A stretch of 64,000 nt of DNA, from the NCBI RefSeq assembly GCF_964194155.1, contig NC_135879.1:138632001-138696000 (forward strand), in the 5' to 3' direction. Below are positions 11,468 through 25,189 of this stretch, one piece after another; within the stretch, counting starts at the first letter, position 1, and every line of letters begins with the position of its first letter. The translations under genes and the position numbers were made by a program. Below the pieces are notes generated by a model. It searched no databases and had not been told where the DNA came from. It worked only from the letters and a program-made list of their open reading frames with translations. Source of the DNA: Cetorhinus maximus. Lineage: Eukaryota.

Positions 11468-14150
11468 CTTTTTATAATTTGTTCATGGGATGTGAGCATC
11501 GATAGCAAGACCAGCATTTGTTGCCCATCACTCAATGCCCTTGAGAAAGTGGTGGAGTCGCCTTCTGAACCGCTGCAGGTCATGTAGTGTAGGTACACCC
11601 ACAGTGCTGTTAGGGAGTTCCAGATTTTGACCCAGCGACAGTGAAGGAACAGCGATATATTTCTAAGTCAGGATGGTGAGTGACTTGGAGGGAAACTTCG
11701 AAGTGGTGGTATTCCTATCTATCTGCTGCCCTTGTCCTTCTAGATAGTAGCGGTAATGGGTTTGGAAGGTGTTGTCTAAGGAGCCTTGGTGAATTCCTGC
11801 AGTGCATCCTCTAGATGGTACACACAGCTGCTACTGTGCTTCGGTGGTGGAGGGAGTGAATGTTGGTGGATGTGGTGCCAATCAAGCAGGCTGCTTTATC
11901 CTGGACAATGTCAAGTTTGTTGAGTGTTGTGGGAGCTGCACTCATCCAGGTAAGGGGGAAGTATTCCATCACACTCCTGACTTGTAGCCACAGTATTTAT
12001 ATGCCTGGTTCAATTCAGTTCCTGGTCAATGGTAACCCCCCCCAGGATGTTGACAGTGGGGGAATTCAGCAATGGTAATGCCATTGATCGTCAAGAGGGG
12101 ATGATTGGATTCTCTCTTGCTGGAGACGGTCATTGCCTGGCACTTGTGTGGCGGGAATATTACTTCACTTATCAATCCAAGCATGGATATTGTCCAGGTT
12201 TTGCACAAGTGAGCCTCTGCTTCAGTAACTGTGGAGTTGTGCATGGTACCGGAAAATAATCAACGAACATCCTCAGTTCCAATCTTATAATGGAACGAAG
12301 ATCTTTGGTGGCGCAACTGAAGATGGTTGGGTTGAGGACATTACTCAGAGGAACTCTTACAGTGATGGCCTGGGGCTGAAATGATTCGCCTCCTTCCTTT
12401 GTGCTAGGTATGACTCCAACCAGTGGAGAGATTTTCCTGATTCCCATTAACTCCACTTTTACAAGGGCACCTTGATGCCACACTGTGCCAAATACTGCCT
12501 TGATGTCAAGGGCAATTATTCTCACCTCAGCTCTGAGTTTCAGTTCTTTCCTCCCTGTTTGGATCAAAGCTGTAATGACGAAGGGCGGAATTTTCCGCTC
12601 CCATTGGCAGCAGGCATGTTTGGCGATGTGAGTGGACAATATGGCGAGAAGCCAAAAATCGATTTTACGCCACCATGAAACCAATTTGCGATCACCCGCT
12701 CCACCTGTCAATAGCAGACCGTGATTCCCACCACCCCACATCGAGAACATAATTTCAATACTTTAGTATCTCATTATAAGCCCTGCTCGCCGGAATCATC
12801 CCCCCCTGATAGATCATCCGGGCACACACCAACATGTTTCACAACAGTACATAACACATCCACCTGGCGAGCTGCACATTGCTTGGGACTTCAATGTTTG
12901 TTTGCCTACCTTGCTACGGGCAGCACTCAGTCATCAGCGCCAAGCTTTGCAGGCAGCACCACATCACTTTTAGGGGAGCTCACGGACACGTCTCTACCTA
13001 CCAGGTCAGCTGTAAGGTGGGGATGGCTTTTCAATGGCTGCAGGGCTAGGGCTTGCATGGGGAAGGGGGGGGAAAGTGACCTCAGGCAAGGGAAGAGGCT
13101 GCAGGCTGCGGGCTGTACTGGGGAAGGGAGGTATCTCAGGGTGTGCGTGGGGGCGCATATTGATCTTTGCAAGTGGCCTCAAGATGGTGATGGCGAAGGA
13201 GACAGTCTCCAGAAGAGATGAGGCCAGATGGAGATATGAGTGTGTGAGAGAAAGTGAGTGCTAATGTCCCTTGAGCTGGCAGTGAGTGAGATGCCAGTGA
13301 ATGTCTGATGGGCTTGTGAGTGAGAGAGTTTAGAGTGATGAGATGGTTGCCTTACCCTGGCAGCACAGATGAAATCATTTACCCTCCTTCTACACTGGAT
13401 TGCCATACTCTTCTGTGCAATGTTGGCACTGACCACCACTGCCACCGCCTCCCAAGCCGGTGTGAGAGGTTGCTGGGCCTCCTGCAGCCACAGTGGGGTT
13501 GAGGCCATTCCAGCGGGCCACCAAATGGTATTTCAGTGATGGGTCACTGAGGTCTTCTTGGCTTTCGGGGCCATGTCTTCACTGAAGCAGTCCTGGGGTG
13601 CAATTATTGAGAACTGTGCACGCCTGCAGTTTAGATATGGCACCTGAAGTGAGGAAAAGGTGAGGTCACAGCGTAGCAGGCGATTCAGAGGCTGCCTGTC
13701 GGTGAGACGGTTTGTTTAATGAGGTTGGAAGCAGCGATACAGTGTGAAACCTACCATTGTGGCCAGCGCGTAAGACGTTGTTTTTCACGCCACTACCACA
13801 CTTAGTGCGAATCCGGGATGACTCCGCCCAAAGTCTGACACTGAGTGCCTCTGACAGAACCCGAACTGAGCATCGGTGACAAGTGATCACTCTGTAAGTG
13901 CCTCTTAATAGCACTGTCGACAACACATTCCATCATTTTGCTGATGATTTAGAGCATACCAATTGGGTGCCAACTGACTAGTTTGGATTTGTCCTGCTTT
14001 TAGCGTATAGGAAATACCTAGGCAATTTTCCATTTTAGCAGTTAGATGCTGTTACTGGTGCTGTACTAGAACAGCTTGGCGAGGGGCATGGCTAGTTCTA
14101 GAGCACAAATCTTGTTGTCAAAGTCCATTGCCTTTGCTACATCCTGTTCA
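11468..14150 (-). mobile_element. CR1-clade LINE family B, interrupted by a Harbinger derivative
   Basis: IALDIKAVFGTVWHQG and VPLSNVLNPTIFSC RT motifs; family-B tail at ~11470-11540; resumes at 13833. Confidence 0.8.
12583..13829 (-). mobile_element. Non-autonomous Harbinger carrying Myb/SANT exon 1 (second copy)
   Basis: TIRs GGGCGGAAT / ACTCCGCCC; TSD GAA/AAA; ORF 13179..13508 AWEAVAVVVSAN...IQCRRRVNDFICAAR followed by a GTAAG donor; ATG GCC CCG AAA GCC AAG AAG at ~13574. Confidence 0.85.
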
Positions 14151-14810
14151 AATCACAAACTGTTCAGATAAACAATGGTTTTAGACTGAACCATTAAGAC
14201 AGTTGAGAGATTATTGATATTCTCTCATTTCCAACTGCATTTTTTTTGCAGCTCCAAGCGAACACTGCAACTGACCAGCACTTCACTGATTTGACTTGAG
14301 TCAGCTTTACTCTGCCTCTGAGCTGACCATAATAGTTGACATGTTACATTTGATGATATACTTTCTGTCTGCTAACTTAAACAAAAAGCTATTTTAGTTC
14401 ACAAATATAAACTAAATAATTTCTATGAAGAATAACTTTCAAACTTGGCTGACAAGATAAAGATCAGGCCCTGATTGGAACTGATTAATGAAAGCATGTC
14501 ATTCTCTTTAGACAGTGTAACCATCCAGTTCATGCCTTGAGGTGCATCCTCAAGCAGATTTAAACTTCAATGCAAAACATACTAGCAGCTGCCCTCAAGT
14601 AGGTCCTGGGAACAGGAGTGAGGTTGGCAACTGGGAGAGCGGGGGAAGCTGATGACAGAGAGGGTGAAAGCAAATCGGGATGGTGGTAACGGTTGTATAA
14701 TGTTTTTGTACCGCCAGACATCCATATATATTATATATGGAACACATCATTGGATATGACCTATATGATTTAGACATCTATTTACATGACAGCATGTGCC
14801 TGCATGCCAT

Positions 14811-15091
14811 TGTAATGTAAAGCTGCTCGACAGAGCAAGGGTTCACATGGGACTGGAGAATAGTACTGCCCACTGTATGATGTATAGAGTCACATGGTAA
14901 TAGAACTGTGAGAGAACAATCTAGAGAGAGTACTCTGGAAGCAGCCTACCTTTATGGCAACAGCACCATGCATCACAGTAACCTGGGATTAATAGATAGT
15001 TAAAGACTAATAATAAAGGGTTCATGTTTAAATATACAAGTCTCAAGGCCTTCTCATCAATAAGCCACAACAGCACTGACACCATATTACA
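14811..15091 (+). mobile_element. Probable short solo LTR
   Basis: TGTAAT...ATTACA ends and AATAAA near 15012; no clean TSD. Confidence 0.4.
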
Positions 15092-15624
15092 ACAGGGGAA
15101 GAGAGTAACCAAGTAGTGAGAAGGACTAAGCGGGGCCAAGTAACAGTTTCCAACACTGCAGCGGACCTAGGAGTACAACAGTTGACCCTTCTGGCTCATT
15201 TTTGAAAAAAATGCAGACTTTTGATTCTTTGAAATTGGATGAATTGCAGCCATTCAGGCAGTCCAAATTTACACAGGGGGCTTGTAATAGCTGTTTGGCC
15301 CCTATTTGCATATATGAGAGGCACATGCCTGTTTTAGGAGAGTATTTTTCTCTTCACTGAAAGTAAGGCAGTACACTTCTGGCCGGGTATGGTGCACACT
15401 TCCAACCCAACATATGATATGCTTATACGATATATTTAAAATGTAAAAACTGTCATTTGCCCCATCTTGATCCATATTCTTATTGTTAAATGCAGAAGTG
15501 AAACATAATCAGAGAGAAAGAACAGTAACAGGTAGCAAGGTCGTTTAAAAGAAACCATTAATTGCATTAATCAATTTATTCTGCCAATTGCCTGGGTGGC
15601 TATCAAAGGCATTAGGTCCGATGA

Positions 15625-15759
15625 CAGCACAAGACAAAAAGAGCTGGAAAAACTCAGCAGGTCTGACAGCATCTGTGGAGAGAGATAGAGTTAACGTTTC
15701 CAGCACTTCTTATTTTTGTTTCAGATTTCCAGCATCCACATATATAATATACCCTTTAT
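15625..15759. mobile_element. Penelope-like inverted insertion, internally deleted
   Basis: CTGGAAAAACTCAGCAGGTCTGACAGCATCTGTGGAG arm joined to an opposite-strand tail; 14-bp TSD ATTAG(G/T)TCCGATGA at 15611-15624 and 15760-15773. Confidence 0.75.
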
Positions 15760-16062
15760 ATTAGTTCCGATGAGTTTGGAAAGTCATGTAAATAGATGTC
15801 TAAACCATATAGGTCATACCCAATGATGTGTTCCATACATAATATATATTGATGTCTGGCGGTACAAAAAGATTACATAAAATGCTTAGCAGTTTCACAA
15901 TAAAAGCTTCAAATTAGGTATGATTTGTGCTGGTACAGGGTGAAATTTTGTGGAGTTTCTGAAATCAATTTTTTTTTGGGCAGGGGGTGGTGCGGTACTG
16001 CAGAACTAGGAAAGCTCCTGCAGAAATTCACCCCCTAATATCTCCTATGCTCTTTCCAAAGA

Positions 16063-18710
16063 GAATCATAGAAACATAGGGCAGATTTTAGCCCTCGTCG
16101 GGCGAATTCGGTGGGGGCGACCACCCAGACCGCGATTTCACGCCAATTAAGGCCCGCCCAGCATGAAACATGGGTGGCAGTGCTCAGCGCTGCCTGTGCC
16201 GGGGAGGACGGAGGAGGAGGGCGAGCGCGAACTTCAAGCATGCGTGCGAGTCCGCACTTGCAAATCTCCCTGAGGCACAGAGCCGCTGCAGGGAGATGAA
16301 GACTTTTCAGACAAATAAACAAAGGCACATAAAATGTTGTAAAACATGTCACATGAGCAGGGACATACTATTATTTAAATTTTAAAATTTTTACTTTATT
16401 TTAATTTTGCTTTTGGGAACCTCATCCCGCCAATGGATGAGATTTGCTAAAAAGTGCAAAGGCCGCTTGGTATTTTTACCTGCCTGCCAATCGTAAGGTT
16501 GGACAGGCAGCGAAAATTTCAGTTAATTAAGACTTTAATGGCTTTAACGGGCCTTTTAATTGTCGGCGGGCGCATTGCCGATTCCCATGCACGCCCGCCG
16601 ACCAAAATATCGCACAACTGCGCGTTGACGTCGGGACTCTCAAAAGGGTTATGGTTAGGCGCGCGCCCAACCGCCGAGGTAAAATATTTTCCCATAGAAA
16701 CATAGAAAATAGGAGCAGGAGTAGGTCATTCGGCCCTTCGAGCCTGCTCCCCCATTCAATTTGATCATGGCTGATCCTCTATATCAACGCCGTACTCCCG
16801 CCCTCTCCCCATACCGTTTGATGCTCTTAAAGTCTAGAAATCTATCTATTTCATTTTTAAATATATTCACTTGGCCTTCACAACCTTCAGTGGTACAGAA
16901 TTCCACAGGTTCAGTGAAGAAGTTTCTCCTCATCTCAGTCCTAAATGGTCTACCCCATATCATGAGATTGTGACCCTTTGGTCTGGACCCTGCCAGCCAG
17001 AGGAAACATCATCCCTGCATCCAGTCTGCTCAGCCATGTCAGAACTTTATACATTTCAATCAGATCACCTCTCATTCTTCTAAACTCTAGTGAATACAGG
17101 CCTAGTTGGTCCAATCTCTCCTCATATGACAATCATACTATCCCAGGAATCAGTCTGGTGAACCTTCACTGCACTCCCTCTATGGCAAGTTTATCATTTC
17201 TTAAGTAAGGAGACCAAAGTTGCACACACACAATACTCCAGGTCTGTCTCTACAAGGCCTTGTACAGCTGCAGTAAGACATCATTGCTCCTGTACTCAAG
17301 TCCTCGCACAATGAAGGCCAACATACAATTTGCCTTCTTAACTGCTTGCTGCACCTGTATGCTTGCTTTCAGCGATTGGTGTACAAGGACACCCTTTGTA
17401 CATCAACATTTCCCAATCTATCACCATTTAAATAATACTCTACATTCTGCTTGTTCTACCGAAGTGGATAACTTCACACTTATCCATGTTATACAGTATC
17501 TGCAATGTATTTTCCCACTCACTCAACCTGTCTAAATCGCCTTAAAGTCTCTCAACCTTCTCCTCATTGCTCACATTCCCACCAAGTTTCATGACGTCTG
17601 CAAACTTGGAAATATTACAGTTGGTTCCCTCATCCAAATCATTGATGTATATTGTGAATAGCTGGGGCCCAAGCACTGATCCTTGTGGTACCCCACCTGC
17701 CACTCCAAGAAAGACCCATTTATTCCTACTCTCTGTTTCCTGTCTGTTAACCAATTCTCAATCCATGCCAATATATTGCCCCAATTCCATGTGTTTTAAT
17801 TTTGCACACTAACCACTTATATGGGATTTTATCAAAAGCTTTATGAAAATCCAAATACACCACATCCACTGGTTCTCCCTTATCTATTCTGCTATTTACG
17901 TCCTCAAAAAACTCCAGTAGGTTTGTCAAACATGATTTCCCTTTCATAAATTCATGTTGACTTTGTCTAATTCTGTTGATATTTTCCAAGTGTCCTGTTA
18001 TCACATCCTTTAGCATAGACTCTAGCATTTTCCCAATAACTGATGTTAGGCTAATCGGTCCATAATTTCCTGTTTTCTCCCTCCCTCCTTTTTTAAATAG
18101 CGGGGCTACATTTGCCACCCCACAATCTGCCGGGAATGTTCCAGAATCTACAGAATTTTGAAAGGTGACAACCAACGCATCCACTATTTCCATGGCCACC
18201 TCCTTTAGTACTCTGGGATGTAGATAATCAGATGCTGGGGATTTATCAGCTTTCAGGCCCATTCATTTCTCCATCACTTTTTTTTAGTAATACTTATTTC
18301 CTCCAATTCCTCCTTCTCACTAGATCCTTGGTTCCCTCATATTTCTGGGAAGTTATTTGTGTCTTCCTTCTTGAACATAGAACTAAAGTAGTTGTTTAAT
18401 CGCTCTGCCATTTTCTTGTTCTATATTATAACTTCTCCTGTTTCGGACTGTAAGGGACCTAGATTTACCTTCACTAATCTTTTTCTTTATATATACTTAT
18501 GGAAGCTTTTACAGTCCTCTTATGTTCCTTGCAAGTTTACTCTCGCACACTATTTTTCCCTCTTAATCAATCTCTTGGTCTTCCTTTGCTGAATTCTAAA
18601 CTGCTCCCAATCCTCAGGCTTGCTACTTTTTCTAGCAGCTTTATATGACTCCTCTTTGGATCTAATACTTTCCTTAATTTCTTTTGTTAGCAATGGTTGG
18701 GCCGTTTTTC
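16063..18710 (-). mobile_element. CR1 LINE, 5'-truncated, with (CATAGAAA)n tail
   Basis: ORFs 17747..18262 (PLFKKGGREKTGNYGPISLTS, KSCLTNLLEFFE, VYLDFHKAFDK), 17542..17754 ([14 protein letters not shown]) and 16950..17132 (SYEERLDQLGLYSLE). Confidence 0.92.
16079..16693. mobile_element. Harbinger MITE inserted in the CR1 tail microsatellite
   Basis: GGGCAGATTTT ... AAAATATTTTCCC, with ATA TSD at 16076-16078 and 16694-16696. Confidence 0.85.
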
Positions 18711-18904
18711 CTGCTGTATCAAAGTGGTCTCTGGTGACCAATAGAAGAAGTCAAAACAGCAACATGTATCAGGACTCTGTCCTTCCCGAGCCTGTTTTCC
18801 TAGTAACACTTTTCTGAAACTGTCACAATCTGAATTAGCTGCACTTTCATTGCAACCTAACTGAAAATATTCATGCTGCATGTTGTAATGCCCTTCACGC
18901 AATT

Positions 18905-18969
18905 GGGGTAATTTTAACTTTGGGTGATATCGCCTGTTTTACGCTATTGCCCAAGTCAAATTTACCCCC
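18905..18969. mobile_element. Tiny (~65 bp) palindromic MITE-like element
   Basis: GGGGTAATTTTAACTTTGGGTGATA ... TATTGCCCAAGTCAAATTTACCCC fold-back. Confidence 0.5.
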
Positions 18970-21900
18970 AGTATCTTCCTTATATAAATAATGCCTATTC
19001 TGTATGGCAGTTTAAGATTCACTTTATCTTTATTTACATCCCCATCCCATGCCCCTACCCTGCACTATACAATTCTCCATATTTGTTTCAGCATTAGTCT
19101 TTAACAAGGCCTTCATATCCCTTAACCTGCAATTTTTTTGATTTTATTCTGTTAATTTTCCTACATCTACTTCAAACAAGACTTAAAATATATTACTATT
19201 TTCTACACAATTTGCTCACATATACTTCCTCATTCAACTTAAAACTCAGAATTAGATATCCTCCTTATAACTTCTACAGTAATGTGTTTCTGACAGCAAA
19301 GGTTCCAACAGCCCTCAAACAGGTAGAAGTATTGATGAAAAAGACAACAAATTTATCTATGCTTTGCTTGTTAAATATTAATCATTAAAAGATTGCTAAT
19401 TCATTGACTTTAAACAATCAGGAAAAAAAGTGCAGATTTACGCAAGGAGAAAAAGATATAAACATTCTGTTTCTCGCACATTGTCAGGACAATCAGATCT
19501 ATACCAAATGGCAAAATGGGTTTTCAAAATGCTGGTAGCTGTGGTAAAATTGTAGAAGCTGAGGCCTCAACCCCCTACCAAGCTGACTTCAGCTGCAACT
19601 CAACTTAAATTTGGCCCTGGCCTAACTCCAGTTGTTTGTGCTAATCCAACATCCATTTATTGGCCTAGTATAACTTTCAGTGGCAATCAAGGCCTGACTC
19701 CAGACCCCTGGGAAAATAATGCTGTACCTTCAGCTCTTGTCATCCTTCAGAAACTTGCAAAATTGTCATCGCAGTGAAATGAATATTATAGCACAGCAAG
19801 AATGCTGCAGCCTTTGCCAATTATCTTATAGTGCAGCAGGAAATTAAGGACTTTACAGGTATGCACTCCAACATGCCTGATACACCAATACTCACTGCAC
19901 CCAGGTGACCCAATTAACCAGGCGCAGATTGAGGAAAATCTCCCCTCACATGATAAGTCTGATTGACTTTTGGAAGAATAACACTTCTTTTCTTCGCAAT
20001 AAAGGACCAATACATCAAGGTATTTAAGGTAACAATTTTATTTACTGCACAAATGAATGAGGTGTGAGTCTTTAATGAGCTAAGATATTTTAATTACCAC
20101 TTAAAATTCTTGCACTTCTAAGTATGGCTTGTGCATGTGCATCACTCCTAGGTATTCGCACAGATGAGGGAGTAGCTATGATGGTTAGCTACTGGTCGAA
20201 CAGATCAAGCTACCTGTAATTCAGAAGATCCACCGCTTGAAATCTGTTGTACTTGCCACAGTTTCAGGATTTCCCTGCACTGTGCTCAATGGGACTCACT
20301 ATTTTTAAAAGTGGTATCCACAGTCACTTATATAGGGTTAAATGGTGAGTCAGGACCGCTGGTGATGTTATTACTACTTCATTTTTCCTGTGCTTCGCCA
20401 CACACTAATTTCTTCATAATGCCCTTGCTCTGTGCGAACATACAGCAGTGGGCTTTTACAAATTCCTTGAATGTCTTCTTGATGGTCATCTATAATATAA
20501 GCATTGTCCAAATAAGGTGAAGCCAATCTTGACCATTTCTTGGATCTTAGATTCCAAAACATCCATATAGCTATGAATTATTCATGTTCCTACTATTTTA
20601 CCCATGGTTTCTATAAAAAAATAGCTGCTATTACATTTGATAACTTGCATCATTCCTTGTTCAGTTTTAGCCTAGAATATAGACAATTATTTGTTCAAAT
20701 CTTACACTCCTTCAGGCATGGAAAAAATACCCGGCGAATATTGTCCATGCATTCTAACATCCTTTGTTGGAAAGCAAGCTCCTTAAATTCTGCATCCCAA
20801 GGATATTGATGAGGGCCACTGGACATACTGCCTCAAATTGCTGCCCATCATTAGCCACCAGTCAGTTTTAGAAGCCAGTTTGTACTTCACCCTGTGCTAT
20901 TTTATAATTAAATATGCCAAAATATCTGCATCTAGGCTGCTGACTGATGCAAGTGTTGGTGATGATAGTTTGTGAATGTTCCTCCTGATGGCCACTGGAT
21001 TCTCCATGCTCTGTGAAGAGAGGAGGAGATGAACTATCATTAGTGACAAAGCACGTTATCCATTTGAGTGTTATGTTTTCCTTACATGACCTATGAAGCA
21101 CTTGTGTACAGTCAGTATAGCCAATTTCAAGTAATATATGGAACACATCACAGGATATATGATTAATATATACATACCAGTTAGTCTGCGCTCATCTCAA
21201 ACCTTCTGAGGAACCTCCCTACAAACTTTACTTGTCCTGTTCATGTGTTATCAGAGACCTTTCAAAATGAGGTCCGCCAGCTATTTGTGCAGTTGCCTTT
21301 CTGTTCACAACAGCAAGCTTTTGTTTTAAATATAAGAGTAATGTTAATTGATAAGATACGCCAATTTATCACTCAGCATTGCATTCATCTTAAAGTGTGA
21401 ATGTTTTATCTCAATTTTTTATAAAGATGTCAGTTATAATCTAGTTCCCCATAAATGTTCATTATCTTCATTTAGCAGTGGCTGACTTGTCAGCTAGAAA
21501 TCCATTCCTTTCAATGTGTTGGTATTTTATTTACTTGATTCACCCTAAGGTATGAAAATAACAGGTAGGAAAGGACTATCTGGTACATCAAGTCTTCCCA
21601 TAAAAGTTTGAATATGTGAAGTATGATTACCCAATAGCAGCAATGTAATCTTCTTGGTGCAATAAAAAATAAAAGATAAAAAACAAAAATCAATTTAGGG
21701 GGCAAAAATCTTGAAAGTTCTTCTTGGACACCTTCAGGCAATCAAAAACTAGAGCAGGAGAGCACATTGGTAATGCTTATGTTGCCTCCTACTACACTAT
21801 ATTTTGAAATCACTCCAGGCACAGGCTGACAACTTATTCCAGAGGTCTACCATTCTCTTGCATAACTTGTGCATGACCTTTGTGTTATTGATAAATCTCA

Positions 21901-22633
21901 GAAGACCAATCAAGTCCGTGAACTGTTTTTTTTAAATTTTATTTCAAATCTCCACTGAGTATTTACATCTCTAAAAAGTGAACAGATCAGGCTTTTTAAG
22001 CCTCACTGAATAACTAAGGTTTAAGCTGTGATTTATTCTTGTGGACTTCCCATGAACTTTTTCCAAAGCTGCTATGTCACCCACTATATGGCAGGGCCAA
22101 AATTGGACCCAGAGTCGTCTAGCCAAGCCCTTGTACAAGTGCAAGATGGTGTGCCTTATATTAATTGGACTAATAATTATAAAACAACCTAACAACCTAT
22201 TTGCTTTGGCTATGGCTTCAGCGTTATGAACTTTAAGTGAATTATGAACTGTAAACTTCAAAGTGCTTTTCTCTCAACAATTCAAATCTATTCCAGGTAA
22301 TGTGAAAATATTCTTGGTGTTGATCTTACCCAAGTGCATAACACTGCATTTATTGAAAATAAATACTGGAGTTTGACCCATTCCCTTAGTACATCGAAAT
22401 CTGCTTGCAGAGATGTTTTTCTTCACAGTCCTGACAATCACACAACTTTTGCATCATCTGGGGCTGAATTTTCTGTTTGGCGGAGCGGGAGCGGATGCGG
22501 GCAGACGCGGACCCGATCCTGAGGATAGCAGGAGTGGGCAGGCAGTGGCGGGAGTGCATTATCCACCGGGTCGAGAGGTGACCCAGCGGCCTGTTTAAAG
22601 GAGCCTCTGGCAGCCTTTGCAAGGCTGCTCTCA

Positions 22634-24863
22634 ATGACAAGTGGAAGGGCTCACCAGAGGGCTTCTGGTGAGCAGGTCTGTTTGGAGGGTAGGCTAGTGG
22701 AGCAGGCCAGGCTGGAGGGTAGGGCAGGAGGCCAGTGTGCCCCTCATTTCTCAGATGGCTGCCTTGCTGCCCTCCTCGAGGTGGCAGCACGGCGGGAGGT
22801 GCTGATTCCCGAGGATGGGAGGAGGAGGCCCCCCACATGACGAAACGTGCCTGGGAAGAGGTGGCGGAGCTGGTGAGCTCGCGCGACGTGGTGCGGCACA
22901 CATGGATTCAGTGTTGCAAGTGCTTCAAAGACTTGTTGCACACCAGCAGGGTGAGTCCCATGTTGGCGTTGGTCACTTAACCCAGCAGGTCAGCTTGCCC
23001 ACCTGCTCCGACCACCGCCCCCCGCCCCCAAATCTGAATGTAGTGACTGCATTGAATCATTGATGGCATTTGTTCTTTGCTGAATGGGCAAGCAGATACT
23101 GCCCTGAGAGGTGATGAAGAGATGTGTTTTGCCCCCGCAGCATGTGTTATACTGAGTCCCACATGACTGATTTGAGAGCAACCTGGAGGAGCTGTGCCTA
23201 GGCGCTGTGTTTGAACTCAAGGACATGTCCAAGTCAGGGTGATGACATGCTGGGAGGGGAGCTTCAAGGTGGCGTGGCAATGAACCATCTGCTGCCCTCT
23301 GCGCTCCACGTGCTTGCGCCTCCTGTCTATGGAAGGATATACCATGTGGTGCCTAATGTGATGTAGGCAGCATGTGTCTAAGGTAGGTGTTGGGTGGGGG
23401 GGGGGAGCAGGCCTAGCATCTTTGTGTGAGCGTTGGGCAGCAGAAGGGTGAGGAGGCACTGGAGCCCTGCAATGTCCCAGTCTGGTTGGGGTGGGCCATG
23501 TGCGAAAAGAGTCCATGTGCAATGTTCACTAATCAATGCTCATCTCTCATTTTCAGGAGAAGAATGCTCATAACGCGGCAGAGCATGTGAGGACTGGCAG
23601 CGGGCAGGAGCAGGTCGCCATTCTTTACCGCTTCGAGCAGGAGGCCCTAGATCTGGAGAGGCACCATGCACCCAGGTCCACTGGTATCGGTGAGGCTGGG
23701 GCGCCACGGCCAGGTATTTATGCCCAACAATGAGGTCAGCATTGTCCTTCCAACAGCCATAGCAATGCTGAATGTTAATTGATTTAATTTTGCAACATGG
23801 CTTGACCATTGGTTATGGGAGGATGAGCGCATAATAACCTGGGGGACAGGGATGCACTTTTACATTGTCTCCACATTAACTGATCCAATGTCCTTGTTCT
23901 TCCTTTCAGCATCAGCGAAGCAGGGCCGGGAGGAGGAGCAGCAGAGGCCCCCTCCCACACCTGAGGGGCCTGAAGACTCACCAGCATCACACCATCTCTG
24001 ACAGGCAGGCACCAGTGCAGATACTAGTGCCTCGGTGGGAATTCAAACATTAGCTAGTGTCCCAGGGCACAGCGTGAGAGCACTTCACAGTCTCTGGAGG
24101 AGCTGGCAGAGACAGAGAGTGCCCATGGTGCCAGCAGTCAGAGGACTGCAGGGAACTAAGCACATGCTCAGTCGGTGCCTGATGATGTGCCTCTGGAGTT
24201 GTCCCCGATGCAGCAGCTGCAGGAAATGCGGCCGGGTGTGCAGGAGCATCTGGGGGAGATACATGAGGCTTGGTCTCCGTGGTGGAGGAGTCCACGCGGA
24301 CGATTACCGAAGCAATGAGACACGTGTCCGAGAGCCATGCGTCGTCCATGGAGAGAGTGGCGACTCTCATGGAGAGGCTCCTCCAGGAGACCCATCAGGG
24401 CTTCCTGGGGATGCGCTCTGACCAGCAAGCCCTCACATTGGCATTGACTTCAGCTGGTCAGTGCCAGTGTGGGAGATGGTTTGGGCATCAACTTTCCCAG
24501 CTCGGTGCCCATTCATCCATGGTGGGCAGGGAGGTCAGAAACGACCTCATGTCGGCACAGCAACTGCCTGGTGTCTCTGCGGGCATCTCTCAGGGCGCTC
24601 CGGATGAAGGCAGCAGCTCCTCCGCCCCTCGCCTAGTGGCCGTTGCATCCGATGAGGCTGCGACGGCTGGGGAGATGCCAGCTGTGTCACTGGCCGCTCC
24701 CTCCCAGGCGGGCCCAGCACAGGCTCCACGGGCCAGAGGACAACCGCCAAGGCCATCGAGGCCAACGGGACAGCACAGTGAGCAGGCTGTCTCAGATGCC
24801 ACTCCGAGCGATGGGGCAGCACCAAGACGTAGCACCCGAAAATGTAAACATAAGGCACCTTAA
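22634..24863 (+). pseudogene. Harbinger Myb/SANT DNA-binding protein gene, 3 exons (22634-22950, 23557-23713, 23910-24863)
   Basis: APHFSD...LLEV...; AWEEVAELVS...WIQCCKCFKDLL|GTGAGT; TTTCAG|EKNAHNAAEHVRTGSG; basic C-terminus RRSTRKCKHKAP*. Frameshift at ~22835 and in-frame TGA at ~23999. Confidence 0.85.
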
Positions 24864-25189
24864 GCACACCATGGGTTTATCACTGGTGCTTTTGTGTTGG
24901 CTCGAGCTGAGGTCCTTATGATTTGCTTTGTTTTGTAACATTATTCTCTTTTTTTTAGAATAAGTTGGTTTGCTTGACATAATAAATTCAGGTATGTCAC
25001 CATGTCTGAGGGTGCCTCTTTTCTTTTGCATGTGGATGGTTTCCAAAACTGTAATGAGTGCTTTGTTGGACATTCAGCTTTATTAACAAGGCCCTTAGCT
25101 GACTGTTCCTAACCTGGAAGAATTTGCACTTAGGTGTCGAGTGTCGTGCCTACAGCCCAGGCTTGTCCTGGTGGGACTTCTGTGGCATG

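Larger units (their letters stand above)
14698..15875. repeat. 93-bp inverted repeat pair (14698-14790 / 15783-15875)
   Basis: Arms are reverse complements with about 5 mismatches by manual alignment. Confidence 0.9.

Noticed and set aside
20220-21320. Coding-like unique segment (ancient hAT-like transposase or host exon?)
   Set aside because: All frames are interrupted and I could not find a convincing motif; a translated HMM search would be needed.
24270-24863. 197-aa ORF as an independent gene
   Set aside because: It is the distal part of exon 3 of the Harbinger Myb pseudogene.
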